DNA of 64,000 nucleotides from Octopus sinensis (taxonomy: Eukaryota): contig NC_043007.1 in the NCBI RefSeq assembly GCF_006345805.1, positions 61,132,001 through 61,196,000 on the forward strand. The letters run 5' to 3'. Below, in pieces: positions 40,190 to 53,425 of this stretch (the stretch's first letter is position 1; each line of letters begins with the position of its first letter). Below the pieces are notes generated by a model. It had not been told where the DNA came from. It saw nothing but the letters and a program-made list of their open reading frames with translations, and ran no database searches. Position numbers and translations under genes: made by a program.

Positions 40190-40950
40190 CACTCAAGCAT
40201 TTCTCAAGAACTTCTACATGTTAAGTCTGGAGGAAAGATCTCTTGCCTTTTAAGCTGTTGTAGGTCAGTGCCTGCAGGAAAGATGTGAGCAGGGAGAAGA
40301 TTTGAGGGAGCTAATGTTCTGGGGAAATGATTTAAAGTAGTGGTAAAGTAGTGGTTAGATGCAATTAAAGTGATGAGAGTTGGAGAGATAAATGGCTTGG
40401 AGGTACCTGAGTGATGCAGATATCATTTAGTTCCATGGAGAAGAGACCATTATAGTAGCAATAGAAAAAAGAGAAAGGGGACAGTATGTTTGTGGACCAG
40501 AGACTAGAGTGTGTCTATTAGTGATGGGATGCTAGTCAACCAAGTGACTTTTCTCTGAATGCAATCCAAAATAGTGTGTGTAGCCGCTATACCATCCTAG
40601 ATATAGGCACAGTACTCCATTGAAAGTCAGCTGCTGTTGGAGATTGAAATATCTTCCTGCCTTAAAGAAAAGGGCTTCCTGCCCTGAAGAAAAGGTCTAG
40701 ATCCAAGTTATGCTAAAGATGTACCTTTTTCAGGAGAGATCCTTGGGTATATTGGGCCCAGCATTTAAAACACTTATGAGGGCTGTAGTAAAATGTTGCT
40801 TATGATTCGAGAGGTATGGTATGGTGGTGTTTACATGATATGAATAGTGCTTCAGTTTTCATGAAGTGTATTTAGACTAGGTTATCTTGAGCCCTTCATT
40901 GTCCAAGATATAACTACAGTTGACTTAATTCTAAAAGCTAATGAAACATT
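40190..40950 (-). mobile_element. Decayed CR1/L2-like LINE RT C-terminal fragment
   Basis: Minus strand reads MEYCAYI.DG...LDCIQRK. Boundaries approximate. Confidence 0.6.
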
Positions 40951-42074
40951 GTTTAGAATAATGTGGCTTACAGTAATAATCAAGTTAATATTTCAATACA
41001 AAGCAAAGAAATGTAAATTTACAGTAAATTCTATGGGAATTAAGAAAAAAATGTATAAAAAATAAAGAAGATAAAATATTTATGTTCAAAGGTCCATGGC
41101 AAACACTAAAATTGGTGGCAGCAATCCATTGTGGTTGAAATACCTGAAACAGTCAGATGAGATAGCCACATTTGGAACACCTTTGGTCATAGCTCTGCTT
41201 GATTAGAGCTAACCTTGAATATAAACAGTTACTACAAAATGTAGGTGAACAGAACCACATGCAAGTCTATGTGACTTGGCCACAATACCCTAATCCTATC
41301 ATCTCAACATTTTCAAAAAAAAGCAAAAGTAACATTGTTTCCTCACTACTTAGATTACCTAAGACACAAATAAGGTTGGACTTGACCAATAATACACTGA
41401 AAACCACATACAGGAAATATGTGAAGTTGGATTGCTACAACAATTTACTTTGAAAGGTTTTATGTCCTTCATAAATTTACTACTGATGTTTCTTTAACCA
41501 GGGTCTGTTGTTGCCGTTATCAATGTTGTCATAACCATTTTCTTGTTGTTGTTGGTAATGTAGCCATTTTTCATCCTTGTTTTTGATGCTTTCATTGCTG
41601 TTATCATTATTGTTGCTGCTGTCCTATTTTCATTGTCATCAATATTGTTGTTGCCATTGTTTGTACTTCATCATCATTTAACCCTCATTTTTTTCTACAT
41701 TTTTATCACCATCATCCCAATCTACTGTCCTTGTGGCAAATAAGAGAAATAATTGTTATTTTTACTATTACTGCTACTACTTTGGGAAATTGGTGACTGA
41801 GTTGATATAACATTGGCTTAACTAAAGAGTCGAAAAGTTCAAAATTTTTTTGTGCAAGGTTGACAACAAATGCAGAGGACAGAGAGGAAAAGAGGTCTTT
41901 GTAAATTGAGAAGTAACGTCCACTATCTTGTATTCCATCATCACCATCACATATATATGCCAACTGATGAAGGATGCCAACAAATTATGAGACATTTTAT
42001 GATCCAACAAACATATGTCAGCATAGGGAAAAAATTTAATCAGACATGAAATCACAATGATGATATGTTTATCA

Positions 42075-42310
42075 TGGAGGAGTGCTGAAAAGATCCTGGC
42101 TTTAAGGATATCGTGAAAGGCCTAGTTCGAAGCCAGACCTTCCAAATTCTTTTACTTGGCTTAGAAAAACTGGAGGATTACTGCAATAAGTGTATGAATT
42201 TGAGAAGGAAATATATTGGATAAAATCATAATTATTGGATAAAATCATAATTAACTGATCCTCCTGTGTTTTCTTTTACCCAAAGCCAGAAACTTTTCAG
42301 CACCCCCTTG
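42075..42310. mobile_element. mariner-derived MITE
   Basis: TIRs ggaggagtgctgaaaagatcctggcttt / aaagccagaaacttttcagcacccccttg. The interior retains a transposase C-terminal remnant. Confidence 0.65.
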
Positions 42311-42429
42311 TATATCAACCCCCCCCCCCACACACACACATGCTTGCACACATGTATTCCCCCCACACACATGTGATTTTAGTGTTCAACAGATGAGCAT
42401 GTGCAGCTGAAGATCATTGGGAGCCAGCC

Positions 42430-43160
42430 TACTAAATCAGTTTTACAAACAGGCTTCTTGCTCATCTTCAATTATTATCGAAAGTTTAATATTGCTTTGG
42501 AATAGCTCTGCAATTTTTATGATGGCTAATAAACTTGAGTAACATAATTGGATACAATTTTGCTTTAAACTTGACAAATCTGCTTTTGAGACCCTTGAAA
42601 TACTTCATGTTCATCAGGCTTTTGGTGAATATTCTTTAGGTTGATCATAGTTTTTGAGTAGCAGGTGTATATCAAAAGCTAGTTGTATGTCACCTGAAGA
42701 TGATCAGTGTTCAGTGCCACCAATTACTAGAAATATGCCAGAAAATGTAGGAAACAAATCCATGAACTCATGGGGACTGGTGTCTAACAATTCTGTATTA
42801 GATTCTTACAGAAATCCTGAATAACATGGCACAGTTTTTGACAAAGAACAAACTGGTGACCATTCTACACCCTTGGAATTTGTCTAAGCTACCCCTACAA
42901 TGACTTCATTGTGTTTCCAAAAAGAAATTGAAGCTTAAGGAGTGTGTCTTTGCGATGGTAGATGAAATTAAAGCAGAATTCAGGAGGTATTGATTTAGCT
43001 TCAAGAGGAGGACTTTGTGGCATTTTTGAGGCATGTGTGTGTGTTTCTTAGGGGACCATTTTGAAGGGAAGAGTGCCTGAATATAAATAATATATGAAAT
43101 ACATTATTTATAGGGTACTGGTGTAATTTTTAGATCTGGCCCAGGAACTTTCTGCATACA
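42430..43160 (+). mobile_element. Highly decayed mariner transposase remnant
   Basis: EDD..S..P.T...ENV-like and DF..FPK.K.KL-like stretches, both broken. Confidence 0.45.
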
Positions 43161-44269
43161 TGGAGATTTTTTGTTCAAATAGTTTTTTTAATTTTATATG
43201 ATAATATATAACTATATAAATATAATAATGGTTTCAGATGTTGGTACATGGTTAGCAATTTTAAGGGAGAGTGTATAGTCGATTTCATGGATCCCACTGC
43301 TCAACTGGTACTTTTCTATTGACCCCAAAAAGATGAAAGGTAAACCACCTCGGCTGAATTTGAATTCAGAATGTCGTGAGTCAGAAGAAATACTGCAAAA
43401 TAAATTTTCCTGAGCTCTAACAATTCTGTCAAGTTGTCAATGTAGTGGTTTCAAATTTTGGCACAAGTCCAGTAATTTAGAATGGAAGGGGTTAGTTGAT
43501 ACCATCAGTTTTGATACTTGTCTGGTACTTTATTTTATTGACCCCCACAAAAAAGATGAAAGGAAAAGTTCTGTGGTATAAGATCAATTTAAAAAAAAAA
43601 ATATTTTATTGAGTCCAGGGAAATGAAAAGTGAAGTCAGTCATGATGGGGTTTTAAAGGATGTAAACAAGGCAATTTCTGCTGTACACCTTGTAATGAAT
43701 CAGCACCTGACTGGTTACTTGAAGAGAAAATAAGATCAATTCTCCAAAGCAAAAACATCATGAACTCTCAGACCTTTGAGACTGATTTTACCAGAAGAGC
43801 AAAAGTACTGTCAGAAATATATATATGGATGTGAGAAAAATGAAGAAACCAAAACTTACAGAGAACTTATCACACACTTAAATGTTGGAGACACTTTATA
43901 TATGTATATAAAGTAAATAACTAGACTACCAATACAGTGTGGGATTATAAATAAATATGCATGCAGTATCATATCCATAAGCTTGATAAATATATACTTA
44001 GCTTTTCTGTGAGATAAAGCCATGTAGTTAAACCACAAGCCTAATATTGACAGCTTTGAATGAGGATCAAACTGACTTGTTTCATCTTCCTTAAGACTTA
44101 CCACTGATTGCTTCCAGATGAAAGTAGCATAGAACAACTTATAAAAATGTTAAATCTGTGTGTGGTATATTTTCATTTACATAATTTATACAGGATTGAA
44201 ATTGTTTATGAATAATTAGTGTCAACACAGTTAGGCTCCATTTTACAGTAAGATACGTTTATTAAGCTT

Positions 44270-45430
44270 ATGAATGTGGCATTGTATACAAACAGTAGCC
44301 TAATACTGTGATAATATATCCATCACACCATGTGAAAATGGAAAGCATCAGTAGTACTGTAAGACAAAGGTAATAAAAGCCAGCTTTATCCTTAAAGGAA
44401 GGGAAGCTGTGTCCCAACTATTATCCAAATCACTGTTGAATCAAACTACCAATGGTCATAAATTCCATTGACAGACTATAAGCCACCTTCTTTACAAGAA
44501 TGATTCGAAAACCATTTAGAAAAATCAACACTAATATAGAGAGCCTACTACAATTCAACATGAAGTCAGCTATGATATCAAAATGAGGGATTGAATAAAT
44601 GCATCAGTACCATTCCAAGAAGAGGTAAATTTATTAAGTAAAAACTTTAGAATAAGATTAGACACTGATATCAAGGAATTACAACAGTCATCCCTGCAAG
44701 TATTTAACAGGTATAAATAAATTAAAACTCCAAGTTAAAAACCACAGCTTCAATACAATAAATTGGAAGGTGAGTAAGCAGTAGAACTTAGACAGGAAAA
44801 CTAGGAAACTACCACATGTACAAAGAAGAAGAGATCTGATATAAATACAGAATATTGTAAAGTAACTACTGTGCATCAAGAAAAATAATTAATAGCAAAC
44901 AAAAGTAGATTAGTATAAAGAAATATGGAAAAAAACCCTCAGATTTTTCTCTTTATATAAGGACACAAAATACAAAAAAAAAAAAGTTAATTGCACAAAA
45001 GAAGGATAAATAAAGCAAATAATACAATAAAAATGGAATGATGAAATATACTAAATGAAAAAAAGAAAAACAGCCCAGCTTTCCCATGGTTGATATCCTG
45101 CAAGCTTGAACAGAGAGGAAGTGAGCAATTATGAATATTCACAAAAGCTCAAAGCTCTGGACTAAACACAGAAACAGAAGGTTTAATTATAGATGGACCA
45201 GATCAATGCTTAGCTACAAAAGTCACCAAAACAATAAAATAAAATAAGAGGTTAGCATCAACTACAGGTTCTAAAATCTACATGAAGAAAAGATTAATTA
45301 CCTCGCTTTTTGGCTGCCCATGCTTCACAAAAATGGAAAACATTCACATATTAATTTGGCAATATACAAACACTTCCATGTAAAATCAAAATAAATGGTA
45401 CAAGTAGACATTAAATCTGGTTACAAAACA
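44270..45430 (+). mobile_element. Decayed R4/Dong-like LINE RT region
   Basis: A-rich coding-like strand with remnant motifs such as DQCLATK, and many stops. Confidence 0.45.
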
Positions 45431-46404
45431 ATGATATAATTACAACACTCTGCAACAGTCATGGGCAACCTGCAGCCCATGGGACTTTGTGAATGACTAT
45501 ATAATAATAACAAAAAATTACCTTGAATTTTGTTAGTGTGGTTTGCCTGATGATGATCCATGTCTCATGCAGCCTGCTTGTTAAAAAAAGTTGTCGATAC
45601 CTGCTATTGGAGTTGTGTTTCTAGTAGAGCTGACAAAAGATCAAAGTGAACTGCCCCAGCAATTTCTAGGTATCATAATAAAGGAAAACTCTAGCACTCT
45701 GCCAGATATCTTGATTTTTTTTTTTAAAATCAAAATATCATCTGGGAGGAAGATAAGCATCATCCCATTCCTGAGAAGACATTAGTATACATACCAGGAA
45801 CCCTGAAGAGCTACTATGTGACTATTTAGTCTGCTAGAAATAATAGCCAAATCTCTCTCATATAACAGCTTCTCTGTGTTCACTCAACCTGTGAAAATAG
45901 CAGTTAAATCTGCCTTGTATCAGATAGAAGACATTACACAAAATCTTTTATTTGCTAGATCAGAAGAGATGCCTTCTAATTAAAGTCTACTTAATATCCA
46001 GTCATATCGTATGAAAAAATGGAATTGATACGAGTTCTACCAGACCCTAGAACAGACTGCATTCTTTTGTTGATATCAGTCTTTTGACTGTAGCCATGTT
46101 AATGTACTTTCTTCAAAATGTTCCAGTTAATCACTTTGATTGCAATACTTAGGTAATTATTTTTGTCAGTGTTTTAGGGGAAAAAATTATGAATTAGGTC
46201 TTTGCACACTCTGTACAGAACAGACATATTAGATAATATAATCCTAGATATACTCTTATATGATGAGGTGGCCATGGCTGGAATGCCTTGATCATAGGTT
46301 CTCCTGACTGGGATTGATTTAATGTTAAACTACATTAACAGAAGTGCACTGATTGAAGCTGTGAATAAGTCTCACAAAACTGCAAAAAGTTAATAATAAT
46401 AATA

Positions 46405-46874
46405 ATAGTTCATTCTAATTTTGGCACAAGGCCAACTTTTTTTGAGGGGAGGGGAAAGCTGATTACATTGACCCCACCCTCTCCCCAGTGGTGAACTGGT
46501 ACTTATTCTATTAACTCTGAAAGGATGGAAGGCAAGGTCAATCTTGATAAAATTTGACCTCAGAGCATAAAAAATTGGAAGAAATGCTGCTAAGCATTTT
46601 GTGTGATGTTTTAATGATTCTGCCAGCTCATCACCTTAACAATAATGATAATATAATCCTTTCTACTAAAGGTACAGGGTCTGAAATTTTGTGGGAGGGG
46701 ACTAGTTGATTGCATTAATCCCATCCCTGTGTTACATTGGTACTTAATTTATTGACACCAAAAGGATGACAGGCAAAGTTGACCTTGGTGGAATTTGAAC
46801 CCAGAATGTAGCAGTGGGTGAAATACCACTAAGCTTTTCATCCAGTGTGCTAGTGATTCTGCCAGCTCACCGCC

Positions 46875-46913
<39 letters not shown>

Positions 46914-47090
46914 TTAATAATGGTAGTTTCCAGCTTTGATATGAGGCCACAAATTTGTAGAGGCAGATGTTTATTGAATTGACTCTGTATTGACCCAAGA
47001 AGGATTTAAAGCAACGTAAGCCTTGTTGGGATTTGAACTCATGTAAAAGAACACTTTATGGTTCTCTATCATTTCTGTGACTCCACTACT
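46405..47090 (-). mobile_element. Head-to-tail cluster of three MetaSINE-like SINEs (antisense), separated by (AAT)n
   Basis: Repeated ggatga.aggcaa.gt...gaatttgaac.cag...ctgccagctcaccgcc units at ~46405, 46657 and 46925. Confidence 0.8.
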
Positions 47091-47164
47091 TTTGGATGAT
47101 GATAATAATAATAACAATATCATAAAGCTATGACATGCTAGTTTAGTTAGCAGGGATGTTATCT

Positions 47165-47740
47165 TAAGGTTTAGTGACAACAAGTCTCCTCAAAACTTCA
47201 GAATCTTTTTTTTCAGGATTCTTGCAGAATACAGGATGGTACTTTTCTGCAGTTTAACAATATGTATCTCAGTTCTAATATCCTTCAGCCTCTTAGGTTG
47301 CAGTTTGGGTGTTGTACCAAGTGCGTTAATTACAACAGGAACAACTGTCACCTTTGTCTTCCATAATCTCTTTATTTCTCTGGTTAAGTCCTGGTATTTC
47401 TCAGTTTTCTGTTTCTTTGGTATCCATTCTATTAACATCTGCCATTCAAAGTCTGTGATCATATACTGTTGTTTCCCCCCACTCTACAATTATATCTGGT
47501 CTCCTTGCTTCAATAATATGGTCAGTCTTTATGGAAAATCACATAAAAGCTTGTAATTATTATTCACCATCACAGCCATTTCGTATTACATTTCTGTTAC
47601 TTTGAAACCCCACACTTGACTAACATCCCAATGCACTCTTACCTGCATAGTCATGCCTGTGCTGCATTCATTTTAGAGATGATTAATACTTTCATCTTGT
47701 TTACCACAGATTCTGTATTTGCTCTCTAAATTGTTAGCAA
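47165..47740 (-). mobile_element. R4/Dong-like LINE 3' fragment (zinc knuckle remnant + RLE endonuclease)
   Basis: ORF 47190-47462 KYQDLTREIKRLWKTKVTVVPVVINALGT, with upstream VHWDV and PDI-like motifs. Confidence 0.75.
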
Positions 47741-47747
47741 TTTGTCT

Positions 47748-49220
47748 TTGGTGAGCTGGCAGAATCACTAGCACACTGGGTGAAATACTTAGTGGTATTT
47801 TGTCTGTCTTCACTTTCTGAGTTCAAATTCTGCCAAGGTCAACTTTGCCTTTCATCCTTCCGGATTGATAAATTAAGTACCAGTGGAACACTGGGGTTGA
47901 TGTAATTGGAATATCCCCTCCCCCAAAGTTTCAGGCCTTGTGCCTACAGTAGAAAGGATTATTATTATGGCGGTGAGCTGGCAGAAGGCGATCTTTCGTC
48001 TCTAGTAGACCTTTCCGTCGATTTCTGTAAAAAATTTTTTTTTTTACATATGGGCTTGCGGGAACTTTTGAAGTAATATACATACATAAACACTTACACC
48101 GAGTAAAAAATTTCAGTTATCTCTTTCTTTCACACATTACTCTGTCTCTTCACACACACTAACAGAAGCATTTCACTTACACAACATACTGTCTGTCTCC
48201 CACACCCCATCAAACACGCACACACACACACATGTACATCAATGCTTCCCCTGGACGGTAACTTCAAAAGAACTTCCCTCGTCATACAATCGCTTTCTCT
48301 TAGTCTCTTTCGCTCTCATTATTTCAAAAGTTCCCACAAGCCCATATGTAAAAAAAAAAAATTTTTTTACGGAAATCGACAGAAAGGTCTACTAGAGACG
48401 AAAGATCGCCCTGGCAGAATTGTTAGCATGCTGGGCAAAATGTCTAGCAGCATTTTGCCTGTCACTACATTCTGTGTTCAAATCCTGCCAAGGTTCACTT
48501 TGCCTTTCATCCTTTTGGGGTCAAATTAAATATCAGTGAAACAATGGAATTGATGTAATTGATTAACCCCCTCCCCCAAAATTTCAGGCCTTGTGTCTAT
48601 TGTAGAAAGGAGTGTTATTATTATTATTAAGGTGGTGAGCTGGCAGAATCGTTAGCATGCTGGATGAAATGCTTAGTGGTATTTCGTCTGCTGTTACATT
48701 CTGAGTTCAAATTCCACCAAGGTTGACTTTGCCTTTCATCCTTTCGGGGTCGATAAATTAAGTACCAGTTACGCACTGGGGTCGATGTAATCGACTTAAT
48801 ACCTTTGTCTGTCCTTGTTTGTCCCCTCTATGTTTAGCCCCTTGTGGATAATAAAGAAATAGGAATTTCGTCCATTGCTATTCAAATTCTTCCGAAGTCA
48901 ACTTTGCCTTTCATCCTTTTGGAGTCAATAAATTAAGTACTAGTGAAACACTGGGGTTGATGTGATTGACTAGTCCCCTCCTCCCAAATATCAGACCTAG
49001 TGCCTTGAGTAGAAAGGATTATTATTATGGCTACTTGCTGTCAGAATTATTAGCATGCCAAAGAACATGTTTACTGGTATTTCTTCTCACCCTATATTTT
49101 GAGTTCAAATCTTGCTGAGGTAATTTATGTTGTTCATCCTTCTAAAGGTTGATAAAATTACTACCAGTTGAGTACCTTACCTCTCCCATCAAAATTGCTA
49201 GCTTTGAACCGAAAATTAGT
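47748..49220 (+). mobile_element. Head-to-tail cluster of 4-5 MetaSINE-like SINEs (sense), one split by a MITE
   Basis: ggtgagctggcagaat heads at ~47750, 47972 and 48634, and a diverged one at 49030, mostly ending in (ATT)n. Confidence 0.85.
47987..48410. mobile_element. Mutator (MULE)-type MITE inserted into a SINE head
   Basis: ~90-bp near-perfect TIRs starting GGCGATCTTTCGTCTCTAGTAGACC and a perfect 9-bp TSD CTGGCAGAA (47978-47986, 48411-48419). Confidence 0.9.
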
Positions 49221-49973
49221 ATTATTTCTAATATTGCTTTTTTGCTCTGTGATCATCATACTTACCATATATTTGAATTCTCTTTTTAATCCTTTTTTTT
49301 TTTTAACTACAGAAGAATATTTCAAATCAGAATTTTGTCAAATTTTATTTTCTTTCAAGATGTTCAGATCTGAATGTAATTGTTTTAGGAATTGAATAGG
49401 TTATATAAAAATTGTTACAAGTTTAGAAAATATTAGCAACTCATGTTGATGTAAGGTAGTGAAGTTGAACACCCTTATGAGTAGTAGACATTGGACATTG
49501 TAGTTTTGCAGGCAGTGTGTGAATAAAAGATGGGTTATTTATTTGACAATTTACCTCCTATTAATGTTTTTTTTTTGTCTTTAAATTAGATGAAATGACT
49601 TTTCAACTTGCGACATTTATTCACTGACATTTCTTGTTAACATTTTAAACAGATATAATGTGTATGTATGTGTAAGTGTGTCTGAGTTGTGTGTAAAAAG
49701 GGCATATATGGATAGGTAATTGTGTGAGTGTGTGTGTGTATGTATATCATCATTTAACATCTGTTTTCCATGCTAGCATGGGCTGGATAGTTTGACTGAG
49801 AACTGGTAAGCTGGGGAGCTGCAGCAAGTTCCAATCTGCTTTGGCATGGTTTCTACGAGTGGCTGCCCTTCCTAATGCCAACCACTCTAAGAGTGTAGTG
49901 GGTGCTTTCTATGCTGTTTTTACTTTCCCAAATGTCCCAAACATTTGAACTGATCTAAATGTTTTTTTACATA

Positions 49974-50006
<33 letters not shown>

Positions 50007-50010
<4 letters not shown>

Positions 50011-50787
50011 GTCATCCATAAATAATGAAGTATACATCCATTTTTATATATAAAAGCTATAATGGAAGCGACAAAGGAGCATATTTTGCTTTATGTTTTC
50101 AATAAAGGCAACAACACAATGGAAAGTATGAGGAATATTAATGTAGTATATGGGGATAGGACAGTAAGTGTAAGCCAATGTCAACAGTTGTTCCAGAAAT
50201 TCCGAGTTGGAAATTACAGTCTAGAAGATGAGCCTTGTCCTGGAAGATCTGTAGAGCTCGACGAAGACATCCTGCAAACCCTGGTGGAACAAAATCCCAT
50301 TGTACTATTGAGGAACTAGCAGTGAAGCTTGGATTTGGTCATTCAACCATTCATAGACACCTGCATGCCATCAGAAAATGACCATCTTTGGTTTCAAGAA
50401 CAAAGGTGTTCTATCAAAATAATGCTCAGCCACATAAAGTGAGGACGACTTTCCAAAGACTGGAGCAGTTTGAATGGGAAACAACGTCCCACCCACCATA
50501 TTTGCCAGACATTGCTTCATCTGATTATCTTTTATTCCATAGTCCTCAAAACCAATTGGATAGAAAAAATATGAATTCTGTAGATGAGGTCAGAACAGTA
50601 CTGGGGGAGTATTTTTCATCACAGACAAGTGACTTTTGGAAGAGGAGCCTTGCAAATCTACCAGATAGATGGAAGAGCATTGTAGAAAATGAAGGAGAGT
50701 ATATTTCAGATTAAAAAAGAACTTCATCTTAATTTTGAAGACTAAAAGAAGTATAAAAAAACCCTGTATTATTTATGGGATGACCCA

Positions 50788-50788
<1 letters not shown>
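50007..50788 (+). mobile_element. Internally deleted mariner transposon in a (TA)n tract
   Basis: TIRs TTGGGTCATCCATAAATAA / TTATTTATGGGATGACCCAG. ORF 50062-50319 is HTH-like (LEDEPCPGR). ORF 50388-50714 has NNAQPH and HPPYLPDIASSDY (decayed HDNARPH / YSPDLAPSDY). The central region is missing. Confidence 0.9.
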
Positions 50789-50827
<39 letters not shown>

Positions 50828-50859
50828 GTAGTTAAATGCAGGTGTTATTCAAATTCTTT

Positions 50860-50948
50860 TACTTCTGACATATGTTTTGAAGACAACATTGGTATTATTC
50901 CAAAGAAATAAAATGCTGTAAAACAATGTAATCTTCTCATCAGGGTAA
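50860..50948 (-). ncRNA. Degenerate minimal hammerhead ribozyme, second pLTR copy
   Basis: Reverse complement reads acc CTGATGA gaagattacattg...caatgttgtcttc AAAA CATATG TC agaag. Confidence 0.55.
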
Positions 50949-53057
50949 GAAAGAAAGAAACCCAACTCATCAATAAAACGTTTTAACAGAATGTGATGAA
51001 TGGGGTGCTATTAAGTATTTTTAAAAAATCGTTAGAAGATATAACACAAAAGGTAGCCTATAGAAAGAGAAGGGGTAAAGGAAAGAAATAAGTAGAAAAC
51101 TAATAAAGGAGAAATATAGAGCAATATGTGAATTAAAATAAAAGCTTAACGGCTTGGAAATAAATATATCTAGCGGAAGTGAAATGTAAGAAGAAAATCA
51201 ATGTTCAAATTATTTATAATGGTAGATATCACTTTATGAACTAAAGGTATGTTTCTGCCAATGTTTACATTGATAAGCATGCTCTATAAACGTGTTTACA
51301 AGGGAATTCTTAGAAAATAGAATATAAAATAGTTCACTATTACAGAGTTGGCAGAATTCTTTGCCTTTATCATAAGGGAATGAAATGAAGAGAATCAACC
51401 AATCTAAATTAAATTGTTTATTATGGTCTTTTCGATACCAAATTAATTTACTAAGCCCTGTACTGTTGCGTTTATTACTATCCCTAAATGTAGAGTAATG
51501 ATTAGAAATTCTTTTAGATAACTGAGAAGAACTATTTACATAAAAAAAAGACATTGGTACCGGAAGTAATTTTACACTGGTATATAGAATTTTTAGTCTT
51601 AGAATTATTAGACATAAACCTAATTCTGTTGGAATTGACTTCAGAGACAATAACCTTGTTAATATTTCTTGGGGGATGGTTAGTATTAGCTAAATTAATG
51701 TTAGTATTAGTAATTGGATTCTTATTTAACTGACTAATATTATGTGAAGAGATAATTTGTGAAAGATTTTTTGTGTTGGGAAAACCAATCCTAACCGTGT
51801 GCGAGTTGATAATCGAGTAATACCTAGAATTCTTTGGAAAATTCCTAATAATAGCTTCCTGAAATTGGAAAGGAAGATTAGATTTAATTTGCCTCCCATC
51901 TCTTATGATAAAAGGCAGATTTTCTCTGCCTCCCAAACCGTTTGTTTTTTATACAATTCTACAATATAGAATTTCTTCAATTGGAATTTACCTATCATTT
52001 TTACAAGTAGATTCCATCGGGTCGTGGCATGTAAAATTTTTTCAATTTCACCCCCAATTAAGCAAAAATTTGAGAAAAGTAAATATTTTACGATTTGCCT
52101 CTCTCATTTCAAGTGCTTCACTCCTCCCATTACCACCACACTTTCTGCTACTTTCTCTTTGCAAGTGTACACATACATAGACACGCAAATATATACATAT
52201 ACGAGAGCCTCTCTCATTTCAAATGCTTTCCTCCGTTTTTTTGGGGGAAGTTCTTTTGAAGTTGGTGTGCATCGGAAGCATTGATGTACATGTGTGCGTA
52301 CGTGAGTGTGTGTGTGTTTGATGGGGTGTGCGACACAGAAAGTGTGGTGTGTAAGTGAAGTACTTTTGTTAGTGTGTGTAAAGAGACAGAGAGAGTAATG
52401 TTGTGTGTATGTGTGAAAGACAGAGATAACTGAACTTTTTTTATTCACTTTTTGTAGTGAGTGACTGAGAGAGAAAAGAAGAGAGGTTATGTATGTATAT
52501 ATGTATGTATGGCTTCAGTGACACACACACAAAAACACATACCTATGTACACCTAAAGCACACACACATACACACACAAACGGAGCACAAACTTCAAGAG
52601 AACTTCGCGCGCTATCTATCTGGTTTGCCATTCCTCACACACATGCATACACACGCAAACATATACATATATGACAGTGACAAACACAAACGTTTCAAAC
52701 AACTACATACAAACACTCAAACACACACACACGTGTGTGTTTGTTATTAGTAAAAAAGGCGCCAAACACAACTCACTTCTCATTTGAACACATTTGCAAA
52801 AACACACCGACGGTCGAATTGCCATAACAATACAGAAAAGGTAAATTGGTTTTTAATTTACTTTCTGTTGCTAAATGTTGGTAGTATTAATTGGTGAGCG
52901 TACTTCAGTTGTCAATTGTTGACAGAAAGAAATTGTAAGCTAATAAGGTGTGTGTGTGTGTGTGTAGGAAGTGAAGGATAAAAATATGGCAAGAAGTGGA
53001 CAGATGTACATATATACATACATACATCCATACATACATACATGTGTGTGTGTGTTA

Positions 53058-53425
53058 TCTCTCTCTATATAAAGCTGAAGTTGTCTGTGTGCGCCAGGTT
53101 TCGTAACCTTCAACTAACACTATCTCCTCCGAGACCCTGCGGCGCAAGTTGACCAAAATTGAGAGTATGATAGAAGAAGGGTTGCTCTTCCTTCCGTAGA
53201 ACATAAAATTCAAATCGGACCATGTTAACACCAAAAATTATTTACATCAAAAAGCTGCTTTTTTCTATGAAAATCCCTATTTTTTACCATTTTTTCACTG
53301 CTGTGTCACCACTTTTCGGTGTATTTCAACCAGAAAAATGTTCACAAAATTTTTACTTTTCAAAAATTACAAATCCAGCGGGTCGAAACAAACCCGAGCT
53401 TGTTTCGACCCGCTGAATTGGCTAA
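53058..53425 (+). mobile_element. Helitron-like non-autonomous element inserted in the Penelope
   Basis: 5' A|TCTCTCTCTATATAAAG start and a 3' perfect 16-bp hairpin CAGCGGGTCGAAACAA/TTGTTTCGACCCGCTG followed by CTAA|T. The 3' junction is ambiguous with the Penelope sequence. Confidence 0.5.

Noticed and set aside
45456-45603. hAT-Charlie-like mini element (cagtcatgggcaac...gttgtcgatacctg)
   Set aside because: The TIRs are very degenerate and the 8-bp flanks do not match, so it is not supportable.
47748-47840. tRNA gene (A-box/B-box-like sequence)
   Set aside because: It is the tRNA-derived head of a multi-copy SINE and does not form a cloverleaf.
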